The notes under the pieces are model-generated. The model was not told the origin of the DNA and searched no databases. It was given only the letters and a program-made list of their open reading frames with translations. This document shows positions 1 to 13,083 of a stretch of 40,824 bases of DNA, one piece after another. The translations under genes and the position numbers were made by a program. Position 1 is the first letter of the stretch. Each line of letters opens with the position of its first letter. The stretch lies in NCBI GenBank assembly GCA_003971905.1, contig RSEE01000053.1, positions 434,001-474,824 on the forward strand, read 5' to 3'. Origin of the DNA: Moniliella sp. 'wahieum'. Its lineage: Eukaryota.

Positions 1-1299
1 GAGCAACGTCCACCATGGCATGCCTTCCAACAAGGACGATAGCTCCGCTTGCGTGTCCGACGCTAGGTCCCACACGCTCGATCCGCTGTCACCGGCCCCG
101 ACACTTTTCTTGTCTCCTACCGGGTTGGCCTTCCGCACCTCCTCCATCACCCGAGCCGCTTGGCGCGGGACCAGCGAGGCAAACCGCGCGTCCAAGGAAG
201 ATGCTGCACCACGCAGGTTGGATGCGGTGGCGACCTCTTCGCCTGCCTGCGCACTCAGCGCAGCCGACGCATGCAGCACCGTCATGTACCTCCTCTCGTT
301 CTCCCCCGCGTCGGCTGGCTCAGCAGCGTACGTACCTGGCCCAGGCGCGAAGCGGTATAGAGCGCGGCAAAGCTCGACCAAGTGGCCGAAGAGGAAGCGG
401 AGGAAGAAGGCGATCGTAACGCTTCTTTGAGCGCCTCGGTCGCCCGCAAGGCCAAGCCCGAGGAAACGGTGGCAATCGCCACCGATGTGTCGCCGACCAC
501 GTTGCGCAGCGCAGCACGAATGGCCTGCTCAGACGTAAGGCCCGAGGGAAACGTGACTACTGCGTCCGAGTGGAGCGGCGGCAGAGCCAGGTCCGCTTCG
601 CCTTCGCCTTGCTCCTGGCCCGAGGTGGGAGGGGCGGGAGGAAGAGGTGCAGGGTAGTTGACCACCACCAGCGCGGACGCGGGGTGAATCTCACGCAGCA
701 GGGCAAGCGTGGGGTCGAGGCCGGCCGAAAGACTAAACGGATCCGTCACATACACAATCCGGTCCGCGCCGTACAAGGCCGACAGCAGCGCTTGCTTTGC
801 CTCGGGCGACAGGGACTGGGTCGACGGGAGGAGACGCCGAGTGAGCTGGACGTTGGGCAGCCAGCGAGGCGCAGGCAGGCTCAGGACCAGGTCCTTGTCG
901 CTGTCGGCAGCCAGCAGCGCGGGGGGGGCACGCCCTGGTCGCCCGGCCGCGCCTCGAGCGGCTCATCGACCAACGCACGCACCAGCGGCGCGGTCTCGGC
1001 GCGGTCCGAGCCGATGACTGGCAGGCGAACAAAAGGGCGAGCGCGTTAGCCAGGCGCTACGGCCCACCGCGAGAGGGAGGGGGAGACGCACCAAGCACAT
1101 TGGGTGGCGCGGGCTGCTGGGCGGCGGCGAGGCGGGCGCGCCAGACGCTGGTGCTGGGGCCGCCCCAGGCGGCCCAGGCGGCGTCGCAGTCGGCGAGGAG
1201 GCTGGCGGCGCGCGTGGACGCGGCGCGGAGCAGCGCCGGGCGCGGGCGGAGGCGGGCGGCGCGCGGGAAGGACGCGTGGGCGGCGCGCAGAAGCAACAT
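1..1299 (-). CDS. Putative mitochondrial protein, Mmc1-like; 3' end lies beyond the window; one intron (1018-1091)
   Basis: ATG at 1299 is followed by an Arg/Ala-rich presequence-like N-terminus (MLLLRAAHASFPRAARLRPR). Intron GTGCGT..GCTAAC..CAG splices in frame to give PPNVL-VIGSDRAETAPLVRALVDEP, continuing to YGADRIVYVTDP..ALVVVNYP. The family assignment is from recalled resemblance only. Confidence 0.5.
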
Positions 1300-1675
1300 G
1301 CTGCGCGTGGCCGGCGGTGGTGGTTGCGCGCTGGGCGCGCCTATGAATATGAGTATGAGTATGAATCTTCTGCCGCAGCTGGGCGTCTGGCCGTGGTCAC
1401 TAATGGCCGCCTGCCGCTGGAATGAAATTACGACGCTGCGGAAAACTGCCGTTCGCCCGCCATTCCCCCAAGTCGGAAAGCCCGACGGGCGAGTTTCGGT
1501 TGGAGGGAAGGAGAAGCCCTCACCCGCTACCCAAGCACACCCGCGCAGATGGAGCATCAAATAGGGGGCGGCATCCACGATGCACCCTGCAGGTGAATCC
1601 AGAACGAGATATACGCAGAGGGAGCAAGAAGAAGAAGAAGAAAAAAAAAAAAAAAAAACAGCAGCTCGACTGTGT

Positions 1676-2367
1676 TTACTTGTCGGCCTGGAGCGCAGCC
1701 AGCCGGTCAATGCTCGCCTGCTCCGCCTCAGGCTCGGCCGGAGGCAAGGCGTCGCCGCCCTTGGTGAGGTGGCCGGTGGCCACCTGCCGGAACAAGGCGT
1801 AGGCGCGGTCCAGGTCGTCGTTGACCACCGTCATCGTGCTTGCCCTCGCGCGCAAACCGCAGCTCTTGCGCGGCCATGGCAAGCCGCTTGGTGATGCTCT
1901 CCTCCGTCTCGGAACCGCGGCCTTCGAGCCGCTCCTTGAGCGCAGAGAACGACGGAGGCGCGAGGAAGACGTAGAGCGGGTCCAGGTGCGGGTGGCGCGC
2001 CATGATGGTCCGCACGCCTTGCGCATCAATGTCCAGCACCGCCCGGCGCCGCACACCGCCGTCCGACACGCGGGACACGTCGGCGACGGCCTGGGCCGTG
2101 GTGCCGTAGCAGTTGCCGCCGAAGACGGCGTGCTCGAGAAAGGCGCCGTCGTGTGGATGAGCTGGTCGAACTGGGGGCGGGTGACGTAGTGGTACGACCG
2201 CCGGGCGTCTCGCCGCGCGGGGGCGCGGGTGGTGTGGCTGACGCTGAAGCCGAAGCGGTCGGGGTACTCGCGAGGAGGCGCTTGAGCAGCGTGCTCTTCC
2301 CGGTGCCCGACGGGCCGAAGAGCACGAGGGGGCGCGCCATCTGGGCTTCGACGAGGGGGACGGACAT
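1676..2367 (-). CDS. GUK1: Guanylate kinase (apparent frameshifts, probably sequencing indels)
   Basis: Stitched frames give RPLVLFGPSGTGKSTLLKRL (P-loop), FGFSVSHTTRAP, YHYVTR, FLEHAVFGGNCYGT, VLDIDAQGV, LEGRGSETEESITKRL and VVNDDLDRAY; stop TAA at 1676-1678. Confidence 0.95.
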
Positions 2368-2618
2368 GGGGACGGGGGGGCGAGGCCACGCGTGGAGCAG
2401 CAGGAGCGAGTGTATTCGCGGCAAAAAGAGGGGGTAGGCCTTAGGCAGCCCGTGAGACGATCCAGGCGCAGTTGCACCGACCCGCCTGGACGTTTCGTTC
2501 GTGGCTGCGTCTTTTTCCATTTTTTTTCGGCGACGCACAGACGGACTTTTGCCTCGATTAGTCCCCGGCGAACTGCTGTGACGCCGCCCCCCCCCACCAC
2601 CCTCGCCCCCTGCCCGCC
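2368..2618. promoter_or_regulatory. 251-bp divergent (probably bidirectional) promoter between GUK1 and ADE6
   Basis: Head-to-head ATGs at 2367 (-) and 2619 (+); contains a T-rich tract at about 2512-2527. Confidence 0.55.
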
Positions 2619-5600
2619 ATGGCTGCTGGCCACGCCACCCTGCTCGGCCCCCGTCCACATCCCCCCATCCGCACCGACCTGCTCGACACCTCCGCCCCCT
2701 CCCGCCCCCAGCCCGCCGCTCCGCTCCGTCGACGCCGTCTACCTCCACTTTGTCCAGCCTGCCGCCCCGCCGCGCTCGAGGGCGAGGTGGCGCAGACCCT
2801 GGACCTGCTCCTCGCCTACGGCGACGACGTGGCCTTCCCCGCGACGCGCGCCGTCGTGGCCTCGGCCATCCAGGGCTCCCTCCCCTCGGACCAGGTCGTG
2901 CTCTTTGTCGCCCCGCGCCAGGGCAACATCTCCCCCTGGTCCTCCAGGCCGCCGACATCTTCCACGAGTGCGGCTTGGCCGACAAGGTCAAGCGCGTCGA
3001 GCGTGGCCTGGCGTACGTGCTGCAGTTTGATCACCCGGCCAAGGCGTCCTTGTCGCCCGAGGAGCTGGCGGGCCTGGGCGATGCGCTGTACGACCGCATG
3101 ACGCAGGTGCTCACCCCCACCCTGCCCACCACCGACGACCTGTTCCACGCGTCCAAGCCGGCGCCCTTGAAGGTCATTGATCTTCTCCAGGGCCTCAAGG
3201 CGCAGGACGTTGACCGTCCCACCCCCTGGCTCGCCTCCAGAAGGCCAATGTGGAGGATGTCTGGCGCTGGCCGGGGACGAGATGGAGTATCTCATCTCGG
3301 CCTTTGTCCACCCTCCCTCGGGCGGCACGGGCCTGGGCCGCAACCCGACGGACGTGGAACTGTTCATGTTTGCCCAAGTCAACTCGGAGCACTGCCGGCA
3401 CAAGATCTTCAATGCGGACTGGACGATCGACGGCAAGCCGATGCCGGAAACGTTGTTTGGCATGATCCGGCACACGCACAAGCTGCATCCGCACACACCA
3501 TCTCGGCCTACTCGGACAATGCCGCGGTCTTCGAAGGCTTGAGGCGGTGCGGTTCGATGCCGACAAGGTGGATGGCCTGCACGTGTACACGGGCAAGAAG
3601 GAAGTCCGTCCTATGCTCGGCAAGGTCGAAACCCACAACCACCCGACCGCCGTCTCGCCCTTCCCCGGTGCAGCTACCGGCTCGCGGGGGAGATCCGGGA
3701 CGAAGGTGCGGTGGGCCGCGGGTCGAAGCCCAAGGCGGCCTGACGGGCTTCATGACCTCCAACCTCAACCTCGCCTCGGCGCCGCAAAAGTGGGAGGAAG
3801 ACTTTGGTCGCCCGGCGCACATTGCCTCGGCGCAAAAGATCATGCTCGAGGCGCCCCTGGGCGGAGCCAGCTTTAACAACGAGTTTGGTCGTCCGGCGAT
3901 TGGCGGATTCTGGCGGACGTGAGCGAACGGGTGCCGGTACGTGGGGCTGCTTGCTTTGTTTTGTTGGGGGGTCGGGGCAGGGGGCAGGGATGGGGTAGCA
4001 TCCACAGAGAACTAACCGAACTGAACCATCTCATCATCCTCTTCCAGACGGGGGACAAGGGCGCGCTCGAAGTGCGTGGCTACCACAAGCCGATCATGCT
4101 TGCTGGTGGTGTGGGCAACGTGCGGCGAGTGTGCGCTCAAGGGCCAAATCGAGGGGGAGCGCGGTGATCGTGCTGGGTGGGCCGGGATGATGCTGATTGG
4201 GGGCGGCGGCGCTGCTTCTTCGCTCGCGTCCGGCGCGGCGGACCGGGCCGACTTGGACTTTGCTTCGGTGCAGCGCGAGAACCCCGAGCTGCAGCGGCGC
4301 TGCCAAGAGGTGATTGACCAGTGCGCCAACCTGGTGGGCGGCAACCCGATCCAGTCCATTCACGACGTTGGTGCCGGAGGACTGAGCAATGCGTGCCCGA
4401 GCTGGTGCACGACGCCGGTCTCGGCGCGCACTTTGAGCTGCGTGACGTTCCCGTCGCTTCGCCGGGCATGTCGCCGATGGAGATCTGGTGCAACGAGTCG
4501 CAGGAACGCTACGTGCTCGCGGTCAAGCAGGCCGATCTGCCATCTTTGAGGCGATTGCCAAGCGCGAACGGTGCCCGTATGCGGTGGTCGGGTGGCAACG
4601 ACCGAGCAACGCCTTCCTCTCGGCCGTCTGTTTGGCACGACGCCCATTGACCTTACGATGGACGTGCTGTTTGGCAAGGCGCCCAAGATTGGTCGCACAG
4701 CGCAGTCGCTCGACGTGCAGCTGACCCCTTTGACGCGTCGCTGGGCTCCTACGTCGCGTCCAACGCTACGGCCGAAGCGGTGGACCGTGTCCTGCACCTC
4801 CCCAGCGTCGGCAGCAAGGCGTTCCTGATCACAATTGGCGATCGCTCCGTCACCTCGTTGGTGGCGCAGGAACCGATGGTGGGACCGTGGCAGGTGCCCG
4901 TGGCGGATGTGGCGGTGACCCGGACGAGTTACGGGTTCGACTGCCTGACGGGCGAAGCGATGGCATCGGGAGAACGTACGCCGCTGGCACTGATCAATGC
5001 TGCTGCCAGTGCGCGCATGGCGTTGCCGAGGCGCTGACCAACCTCGTGGCTGCCGATGTGGGCGACGACCTGACCGCGTCAAGCTCAGGCCAACTGGATG
5101 GCCGCTGCGTCGCATGGGGACGAGGGCAAGAAACTGTACGAGGCTGTGCAGGCGTTGGCCTGGACTTGTGCCCGCAGCTCGGCCTCGCCATCCCGGTCGG
5201 CAAAGATTCCATGTCGATGAAGATGGCGTGGCACGAGGATGGGGAAGAGCAAGGAAGTCACCTCGCCGCTCAGCTTGATCATCACGGCCTTTGGCCCTGT
5301 GTTTGACACCGTCGTACCTGGACCCCGCTGCTGCGCACCGACGTGGAGGACACGGTGCTGCTGCTGATCGCCTGGCGGGCGGGAAGCAACGCTTGGGCGG
5401 CAGTGCGTTGGCGCAAGTGTTCCGCCAGGGGCGACGAGGCGCCGGACGTTGAGTCGGCCAAGGTGCTCACCGCGTTCATCAGGCCATGAGCACACTCAAG
5501 CGCTTGACCGTCGAGTCGCGCCCGATGCGCCCCAGCTCATCTTGGCCTACCAGACCGGAGCGACGGAGGCCTGTTGGCTGCGCGGCCGAAATGAGCTTTG

Positions 5601-6860
5601 CCGGCGCACGGGCATCGAGCTGGATGGCGTCGTACAGTGCCGATGCCAGCCTGGCCTCGGTGCACGCCGCCTTGTTCAACGAGGAACTGGGCGCGGTGGT
5701 GCAGGTGCGTCGGTCGGACGTCAAGGCGGTTGCAGGCGGTGCTGGTATCGGAGGGCGTGCCGGCCAAGGACGTTCACGTTCTCGGTCGCGTCCTCCCCGC
5801 CGGCGAGGAAAGCGTTACGTTCACCCACGGCGAGCACGTCGTCTTGCGCTCCGAGCGCAAGCAGCTCCAAGCTGCCTGGGCCGAAACGTCGTGGCGGATG
5901 CAGGCGTTGCGGGACAACCACAAGGCGGCCGATAGCGAGTATGCCTTGATCCAAACCAGCGCCCACAGCTCGCCCAACCGCCTGTCGTACGACCTCAGCT
6001 ACAACCCGGCGAGGACGTGTTGGGCGCGCTCGCGTTCACTGGGGTAGAGCGGCCCGCTTCACTCGGCGCCCATGGTGGCCATCCTGCGCGAACAAGGTGT
6101 CAATTCGCATGTCGAGATGGCCTGGGCCTGGCACCAAGCCGGCTTTACCGTGGTCGATGTCCACAGCTCGGACCTCACCTCGGGACGGGTCAGCTTGGCG
6201 CCCTTCCGTGGGCTGGCTGCCTGCGGTGGCTTCTCCTTTGGTGACGTGCTGGGTGCCGGAGGCGGATGGGCCAAGTCGCTGCTGCTCAACCCGACCGCAC
6301 GCAAGGAACTGCAGACCTTCTTCCTGGAACGCACCGATACGTTTGCCTTGGGCGTGTGCAATGGTGCCAGATGCTCTCGGAGCTGGGCCGGGCCGGCCTG
6401 ATCCCTGGCGGCAAAGCCTGGCCTGCGTTCAAGGGCAACGCCTCGGGTCGCTACGAGGCGCGACAGGTGATGGTTGAGGTGGACGCGAATGCCTCGGGTC
6501 CCTTTTTGCGCTTGATGCGCGGCTCGCGGTTGCCCATTGTCGTTTCGCACGCCGAAGGACGCGCTGTGGCGGCCAACCCCGTGCCGAAGGATCAGGTGGT
6601 GCTGCGCTACGTTAACAACAGCCCCGACGACCGCTCCGCGACCGAAACGTACCCGCTCAACCCAACGGCTCCCCCGACGGCGTGACCGGCGTGCAATCCT
6701 CCGACGGACGCGTGCTCAGCATGATGCCCCACCCGGAACGCTGTCTGTTTGACACCAACTGTCCCTCCCGCCCCCGGCCACGGGTCCGAGCTGGAACGGA
6801 CGCGGTCCCTGGTTCCGGCTGTTTGAAAGTGTGCGTCTGTGGGTGGAGGAGAACCCGTAG
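2619..6860 (+). CDS. ADE6: Phosphoribosylformylglycinamidine (FGAM) synthase, large PurL type; intron 3937-4047; many apparent frameshifts
   Basis: Motifs in order: [174 protein letters not shown] (glutaminase Cys), SHAEGRA, MMPHPER; stop TAG 6858-6860. The intron reads GTACGT..ACTAAC..CAG. Confidence 0.97.
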
Positions 6861-7746
6861 TGGCCGGTCCATCCGCGCGCCTACCCCTTCCCCCGCATCC
6901 AAAAGGATAGCGGACGGAAGGATTGAATCAATTCGTGTGTATCGTTTCGTCTGGGGCGTGACTGGCAGAGCTGAGAGGAGATCTGTAGGCTAGAAATGGT
7001 GCCTGACGGCGGGAGGAGGGACTGGTGAAGCAACAGTTGTGCTTGGAAGACATGCGTACGATACAACGAGGTGGACCGACATGTGGTAGATAGTAGTGTG
7101 GCTAGTTGGTTCTGTTCCAGCCGTTGAGTTCATCTGCCCGTACGGCGTCCCCTTGGCACCACACCGGCCACCGCTCTTTCTCCTCTCGTCCGTCCTGCCC
7201 GCCTGTGAGCTCGATTCGTAGCCTAGGTTACTAATAGTGGGACCCACCCACTGGAGCAACGCATGGCACAACTGTTTCGCCTTCAATGCAGACCGTCGAC
7301 CCCGTACCATCACCGTGGCAAACTGTCTAGTAGGCACCCCGGTCCGCCCCGTCCGTCGCAACGGTGGTTGGACCCGGTTTTGATTTTGAGGCAGGACGGA
7401 AGACATACGAGCTAGGCTGGGCCTCAGCGCTGACCTCCTACTTGGTCCTTGCTGTCCTGTCCGGCCCGGCTTGTCGACCGCTCCCGGCGGGTCGTTCGTC
7501 CGTAGACCTGATTAAAGATCCTTCTCTCTAGAACCTACGAAACCGTGCCGCAGTCCAGTCCCACCTCGGCTCCCTGCCGCTGAGCGCTGACCACGTCAAC
7601 ACGAAATCAATTCAATCGGAAACTATGTACAGTGCCATGGCGCAGGGAGACACGGTGCCCAGGGTCCCAGGGTACCCAGCGTGCCATCCACACCACATGG
7701 TCGAGGCTAGTTTGAAAGCAAGCCGAAGCGCTGGGGCTACGCGGTG

Positions 7747-10215
7747 CTACACATTGATCCACTCGGCCAAGTCAATGGCCAAGGGGGGCGAGGAGCGGGA
7801 GGCAGAAGGTGAGGAGGGCGAAGGCGAAGCGCGCGTCCACCGTTCGTCCCCGCTCCGCTCGGCGCGCAACTGCAGTCGTTCCCACAACACCGTGTCCAGT
7901 GTCGCGCCCGGACTCGGCGGCGGCACAGGCACGCACCAAGTCCCACTCCCAGTCCCACCCAGATCCAGATCCAGATCCAGATCCAGACCAAATCCAGACC
8001 CAGGTCCAGACCCAGGTAGGGGCAGGGGCAACCCGAGCTGACTACCACGACGGAAGGGGGACCGGTCTGGGCGGTCCGGCGAGCCGAGGGCGAGGTGGCA
8101 AGGCGCGGCAGTGGCGGGGGTAGAGCTGCGCGGGGTGGAGGTACCGGGGCGGGAGCGATGGGAGCGAGGATGAGTGCGCGTGTGGGTGCGCGTAGAAGAA
8201 GAAGGACGAGATCGGTCTCGCGGGTGAGAGGCGACAGAGCCAAATGGTCGATGGGTCTCGCAACCCGTGATGATCGCTCGTCGCGAAGCCGAGTAAGGCC
8301 GGTGCGAAGGCGCAAACGTGCCCATTCGCGGCGTTTCGGGAACGGGAGGGAAGAGGAGGAGGAGGAAAGCGCGGGCGAAAGCGTCGTCCCGGTGTTGTTG
8401 ACGCAGGTGGCGGTGGCGGTGGTGCCGCCCGTCGGCCACGAGAAAGAGGACGGGATGTGGAGGTGGATTGGGATCGGGATCGGGAGTCGGTACGGGAACG
8501 AGAATGGGAACGAGAACGAGAACGAGAATGAGAATGAGAAGGAGAGTGGAGACGAGAAGGCGAGGGGAGCGGGAGCGGAAGGGTACGATGACCACGTGCG
8601 TCGTCGACGCGGAAGCGAGATCGAGATCGAGATCGAGAACGAGAATGCGAACGAGAATGAGAATGAGAATGAGAATGAGAATGAGAAGCAAGATGAGGAT
8701 GGGGACGCGGATGGGGCCAGCCGAGCCGCGCGGGGCGAGACTGCCGACGACCATACGGGGCAAATGGAAACCACCACCCATATCGTCCGTCGTGTCTCCG
8801 TCCAAGTCCGAGTCCAAGTCCAAGTCCAAGTCCAAGTCAAAATCCGAGTCGGCAGCTGCACCGCACCGGCACCGACACGGGCACGTGCGCCGGTACCAGG
8901 CTCACTGTCCAACCCTGCGTCCGACAACCCACCGTCCTCCACCCGCTCAAATTCCCCATCCGAGCCAAACACTGCTCTGCCGTCGTCCGTCGTCCGCGCA
9001 CACACTGTCGTCCCGTCGCCATCCAAAAAGGTCACCGTCACCACGTGCGAGGAGACGGGGGCGGGTAAGGCAGGCGCGAGAGGAGGGCGCGGTCTCCTCC
9101 TCCTCCTCGTCCGGCGGGGAGGAGAGCGTGCGCTGGTCCCCTGTCGCCGGGGCAGGGGGAAAGAGCGCAGGCAGGAGTGGAGGCGCCAAGGTCGAAAACG
9201 AAGTCGAGGTCGAGGCCGATGTCGATAGCGCCAGGGGGGGGAAGTTTGATCAAAACTTTGTGGTCAAAAAGCGGGATGGACACTTCAAAGCTCGTCCCGT
9301 CTTCGTCTTCGTCTTCGTTCTCGTTATTGTCCGACTCGGAGCCGACAAGGGGCGGGCGAGCGGACCGCTGAGGTCCCACGACGGGACAAGCGACAGGTCG
9401 TACGTCGACAGGTCCAGTGGCCGCTCCTCTTCCGTATGCAACGGCGACGAAGGCGTGGGCACGTGGGAGAAGGGGGCGGGGAGCACCGGTACCTGTAGCG
9501 GCACCGGCAGTGGGCGGTGCCGCTATGCTTGTGTTTGCGACCGCCAGCTTCTTTCCGCGCTCGCTTGGCAGCGCCTTGGGACACCGAATGGGCAGCACGC
9601 TCCCGCTCAGGTCAAAGGAGCGAGGGAGGAAGACAAAGACAGCGGGACGTCGTGGTCGTACTCATACTCATACTCATACTCGTACTCGTGGCCATCGTCC
9701 GTGTCCACATCCGCATCGGCGTCGTCTGCCGGCGCGGTTGTGCGGGGCGGGCGGGAGCGAGGCGCCGTGTCACGGGCCAGGTCCAAGTCCGAGTCGGCAG
9801 CATCGGGGTCGACGAGGTCGGGGGAGAGGCGGAGCGGCCGCGGGGCGCGGTGCTTGCGTTCGGGAGGATGCGGGGGGCGCGGGGGACGCGCGGGGGCGCA
9901 CTCGACGCTCCGCAGCGCAGCGGCGCGGGAGGCTGGGGCGCAGGGGCGCAGCGAGGCTGGGGCGAGGGCGAGGGCGAGGGGGCAGGCGGGGCGGTGGCGG
10001 CGCAGCGCGAGCGCGGTGGTGGTGGGAGGCGTGGGGGGCGGGAGAGCGCCGGTGGCGCACGGCGCTTGCGCGCGGCAGAGCCCGAGGCGGAGCCCGAGCA
10101 GAGGCGGGGCGGGTGGGCGCAAGCGCAGCGGCCAGCGCCGAGGGCCGGCGGGGGGGGCGGGGGCGGGGCCTGGGCCTGGGATGGGCGGGGGTGGGGGGGG
10201 CGGGTGGGTGCGCAT
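7747..10215 (-). CDS. Hypothetical low-complexity Pro/Ser/acidic protein with dipeptide-repeat tracts (frameshifted)
   Basis: Consecutive overlapping minus-strand ORFs (MRTHPPPP.., ..HEYEYEYEYEYD.., ..ENEDEDEDGTSFEVSIPLFDHKVL.., DLDLDLDSDLDGD, ..PLAIDLAEWINV*). No recognisable domain; strand and frame are uncertain. Confidence 0.4.
7961..9687. repeat. Cluster of hexanucleotide microsatellites: (AGATCC)n, (GGGATC)n, (GAGAAY)n, (CCAAGT)n, (TACTCA)n
   Basis: Visible tandem runs at about 7961-7987, 8470-8485, 8497-8540, 8616-8687, 8802-8838 and 9659-9687. Confidence 0.85.
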
Positions 10216-10601
10216 GGGGCTCAGAGTATGCGTTGGCGTGATCTGGTTGCTGAGGTTGTGTTTCAGGGGCTGGCCACACCATCGTCAGGGAGCAGCACAC
10301 AGGAGAGAAGGAGCGCAGCAGCAGACAACAGCGCAGGTGGTAGCACCAACACACATCCCCCGAGTAGCCAGCCGGCTATGCCCCTCTAACCCCCCCCCAC
10401 CAGCACTGCCCCCGCGCCACCCCACCCCCTTTTTTTTTCTTTTTTGGCGCTCGCGCGATCCGCCCACGGGGGCAGTGTGGCTGGCCCTGCGCCTCCCGCC
10501 GCTTCTGCCGGCCATCATCCACCCCATTCCTTCGCTCCCCTCTCACGCATCGCCTCCCCATCACGCCCCATCACTCCCCTGTCACACCCAACATACTCCC
10601 A

Positions 10602-10675
10602 CTTATACTTCTCTTATTATACTGAGTTCTCCTCTTATACTTGTCTCTTATTATACTTGAGTCCTCTTATACTTG
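10602..10675. repeat. ~32-bp AT-rich tandem repeat (about 2.3 copies) overlapping the GLY1 stop codon
   Basis: cttatacttctcttattatactgagttctcct / cttatacttgtctcttattatacttgagtcct / cttatacttg. Confidence 0.8.
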
Positions 10676-12001
10676 CCACTCCATTCAATCTTCACACCCG
10701 CCCGCTGTAGATGCGGATCGACTGGCTGCGCAGCCCCGCCCCCGCCACGGGGTCAAAGCCCTGCGCAATCTTCTCCTTCTTCAGCACCCGCACCAGCGCC
10801 TCCAGCGCCTCCACCGTCTCCGGCGCCGTGTGCAGGTGGAACACCAGCCGCTGGGCCCGTCGTCAGGATCGGCTGCTCCAGCCCCGCCGCCCGCGCCGCC
10901 AGCTCTCGCCCCGACACGCCGATCGACATGGGATCAATAAAGCTGTCCCCCCCGGCGCCATTGTATGGTTAGCTTTTCCTTTCTGCGCACATCCACCTCA
11001 TCCACCCTCTGTCGTTCTACGCACCATGTTCGTTTCCGCCGGCGTGGCAATCCGCACGCCCAGCGCCTCGAGGCGCGCTGCGCATCGCGCGCCATGGCGT
11101 GCGTATGCGCCAGACGGTAAAAGTTGGCTTGCACCGCTTCGCGCGCCGCTGCGGCCAGTGCGCCCGTTTGGCGCATCCCGCCCCCAAGGCTTTGCGGAAA
11201 TGCCGCGCTTGGCAATAAACTAAACTGCGCGAGCCGGCCGGATGGAGCCAATCGGCGCGCCGAGCCCCTTGGACAAGCACACGTTGACCGAATCAAAGGG
11301 CCGGCTTAGCTCTTCCATCGTCCTCCCCGTCTCGCTGCCACGTTCCACAAGCGCGCACCGTCGAGGTGCAACTTGATTCCTTGTGCGTGCACCTCCTGCC
11401 CGATCCGCTCCACTTCGTCCTGCGGCAAGATGTGCCGTTGAGCGTGTTTCGAGACAGACGAGCTGCGTCGGCGCCACATGCACGTCCCCGTCCCTGCACA
11501 ATGTGCGGCGCAAGGTCGGACAGGTGAGGTGGTGTCCGTTCGACGGCAAACGGGGATGGTATGCGCACCGGCAATCAGTGCTGCGCCACCGGCTTCGTGC
11601 GCAAAAATGTGCGCGCGCGAATCGCAGACGAGACTGTAGGCGGTTGGTCAGGTGGGTGCGCACGGCAATTGGTTGCTCACCGTACCACTGGTACAGAACA
11701 AGGCGGCCTCTTTGCCTAGCAACGCAGCCAACTGCGCTTCCACCTCGGCCGTCGTGCCATCTTCGTGGTACACATCGTCGCCCCGCGTCGCACTCAGCAT
11801 CGTAGCCACCACCCGCCGAAGGCACCGTCAGCGTGTCCGACCTCAGATCGCGCGCTAACCCGCGCAGCCATCTTGTCTGCCGCCCCGTATGCCATGGAGG
11901 GAGGCGCGGCGACGGTGGGCAAGGCGAGGCGGGGGACGACGACGCGTCTCGGCCGCGGTGCGCGGCAAGGAGGGCGTGCTGCCAGCTGCGATGGGCGACA
12001 T
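10651..12001 (-). CDS. GLY1: Low-specificity L-threonine aldolase (PLP-dependent); intron at about 10943-11024; start codon uncertain; frameshifted
   Basis: Stitched frames: [88 protein letters not shown] (PLP lysine), [29 protein letters not shown]. Confidence 0.9.
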
Positions 12002-13083
12002 GGGTGGGAGGAGGAGAGCGGAGGAGGCTCAGAGTGTGGACAAAAAGATAAACGGATGGGGCTGTCGTCCAAACAACTCGGCGAGGGATTCGATTCTCCT
12101 TGTCGAGTCACTTCGGAGCTATGCTATCCTAGTAGTGTGCTTAGCGTGCAGGATGGGCTGCTGTGAGCAGGCGAGCGAGAAAGAGAGGAAAAAGACACAG
12201 GCCTTGCGGGTGCCGGATGGCAGATGGTCGAGAGGACACAGGCAGCAGACAGACAGACAGACAGATAAGGTGCCTGGACAAGGGTGCCTGGCAGAGGGTC
12301 GGCGGGGGTGACCGGTGAGTATATTCTTTCTGGGTCTTTTTCTAGCATGACGCGGTGACATGGTCTCTCCTTCGTCCTACAGCCGCCGTATGCCGCCGGC
12401 GGACGGCTAAAACCATACTGCACACGAGCTTCTCGATGGCTGAGAGGGAGAGTGGATGAGACGGAGCGATGAGGGCAGCCACTGCTGGGCTGCCCGCGGC
12501 GGCGGTGTTGGCTGGCGAGCGGCTTCGTTTGGGGTGTGGGAAGCGAGGCAGGCGAGCAAGAGCGGCACGGCGCATGTGGCCCAGCTGAGGCACATCAAAT
12601 TGGCGTGTGCCAATGTGGTTCCTGTAGCCTTCAGTAGCCGCGGACTGCGGCGGCGCGGTGGGGCCCAGGGCCTGCCAACACGCCTTCGTGTTGGGCGAGG
12701 AGCAGCGCCACTGCCGCACCCCTCATCGATCTTGCCCATGCTCCGCCGCGGCGCCAACTGAGTACGGAGTCTCAGTACTGACTAGCTGTACTGACTGGAC
12801 ATTGTTGTTGGGAGTCACTGGGACGATAGCAAGTCAGCTCGTCGCGTCATCGAGTCACTACAGAACTAATACCCATCGACCGGCGACCACCAACCGATCG
12901 TCTCTGACTGGATCACATTCGCCGTCGCATGTGGCCTGTCACATGTGACCTGTCGCATGCCACGCCACATCCATCCGCGCCACCCGGAACAGCGTGCATT
13001 CGCCGTGTCTTCGCCCTGGCGGCCTACGTGGACCAGACACTACTAGTGATAACACATCCGCACCTCTCCGCTGGCCGATTCGA

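Noticed and set aside
7000..7620. Possible solo LTR between ADE6 and the low-complexity gene (ATTAAA, agcgctgacc twice)
   Set aside because: No TG..CA boundaries with target duplication or second copy could be identified.
8095..10660. Very long plus-strand ORFs (377 and 730 aa)
   Set aside because: Likely shadow ORFs caused by high GC and hexamer repeats opposite the more plausible minus-strand gene.
1676..12001. Frameshifts in GUK1, ADE6 and GLY1 as pseudogenisation, RNA editing or programmed frameshifting
   Set aside because: Catalytic motifs are intact and 1-nt deletions also hit invariant rRNA motifs (GCATATCA-TAAGCGG, GAGCT-GACTCTAG). Uncorrected long-read error is the simplest explanation.
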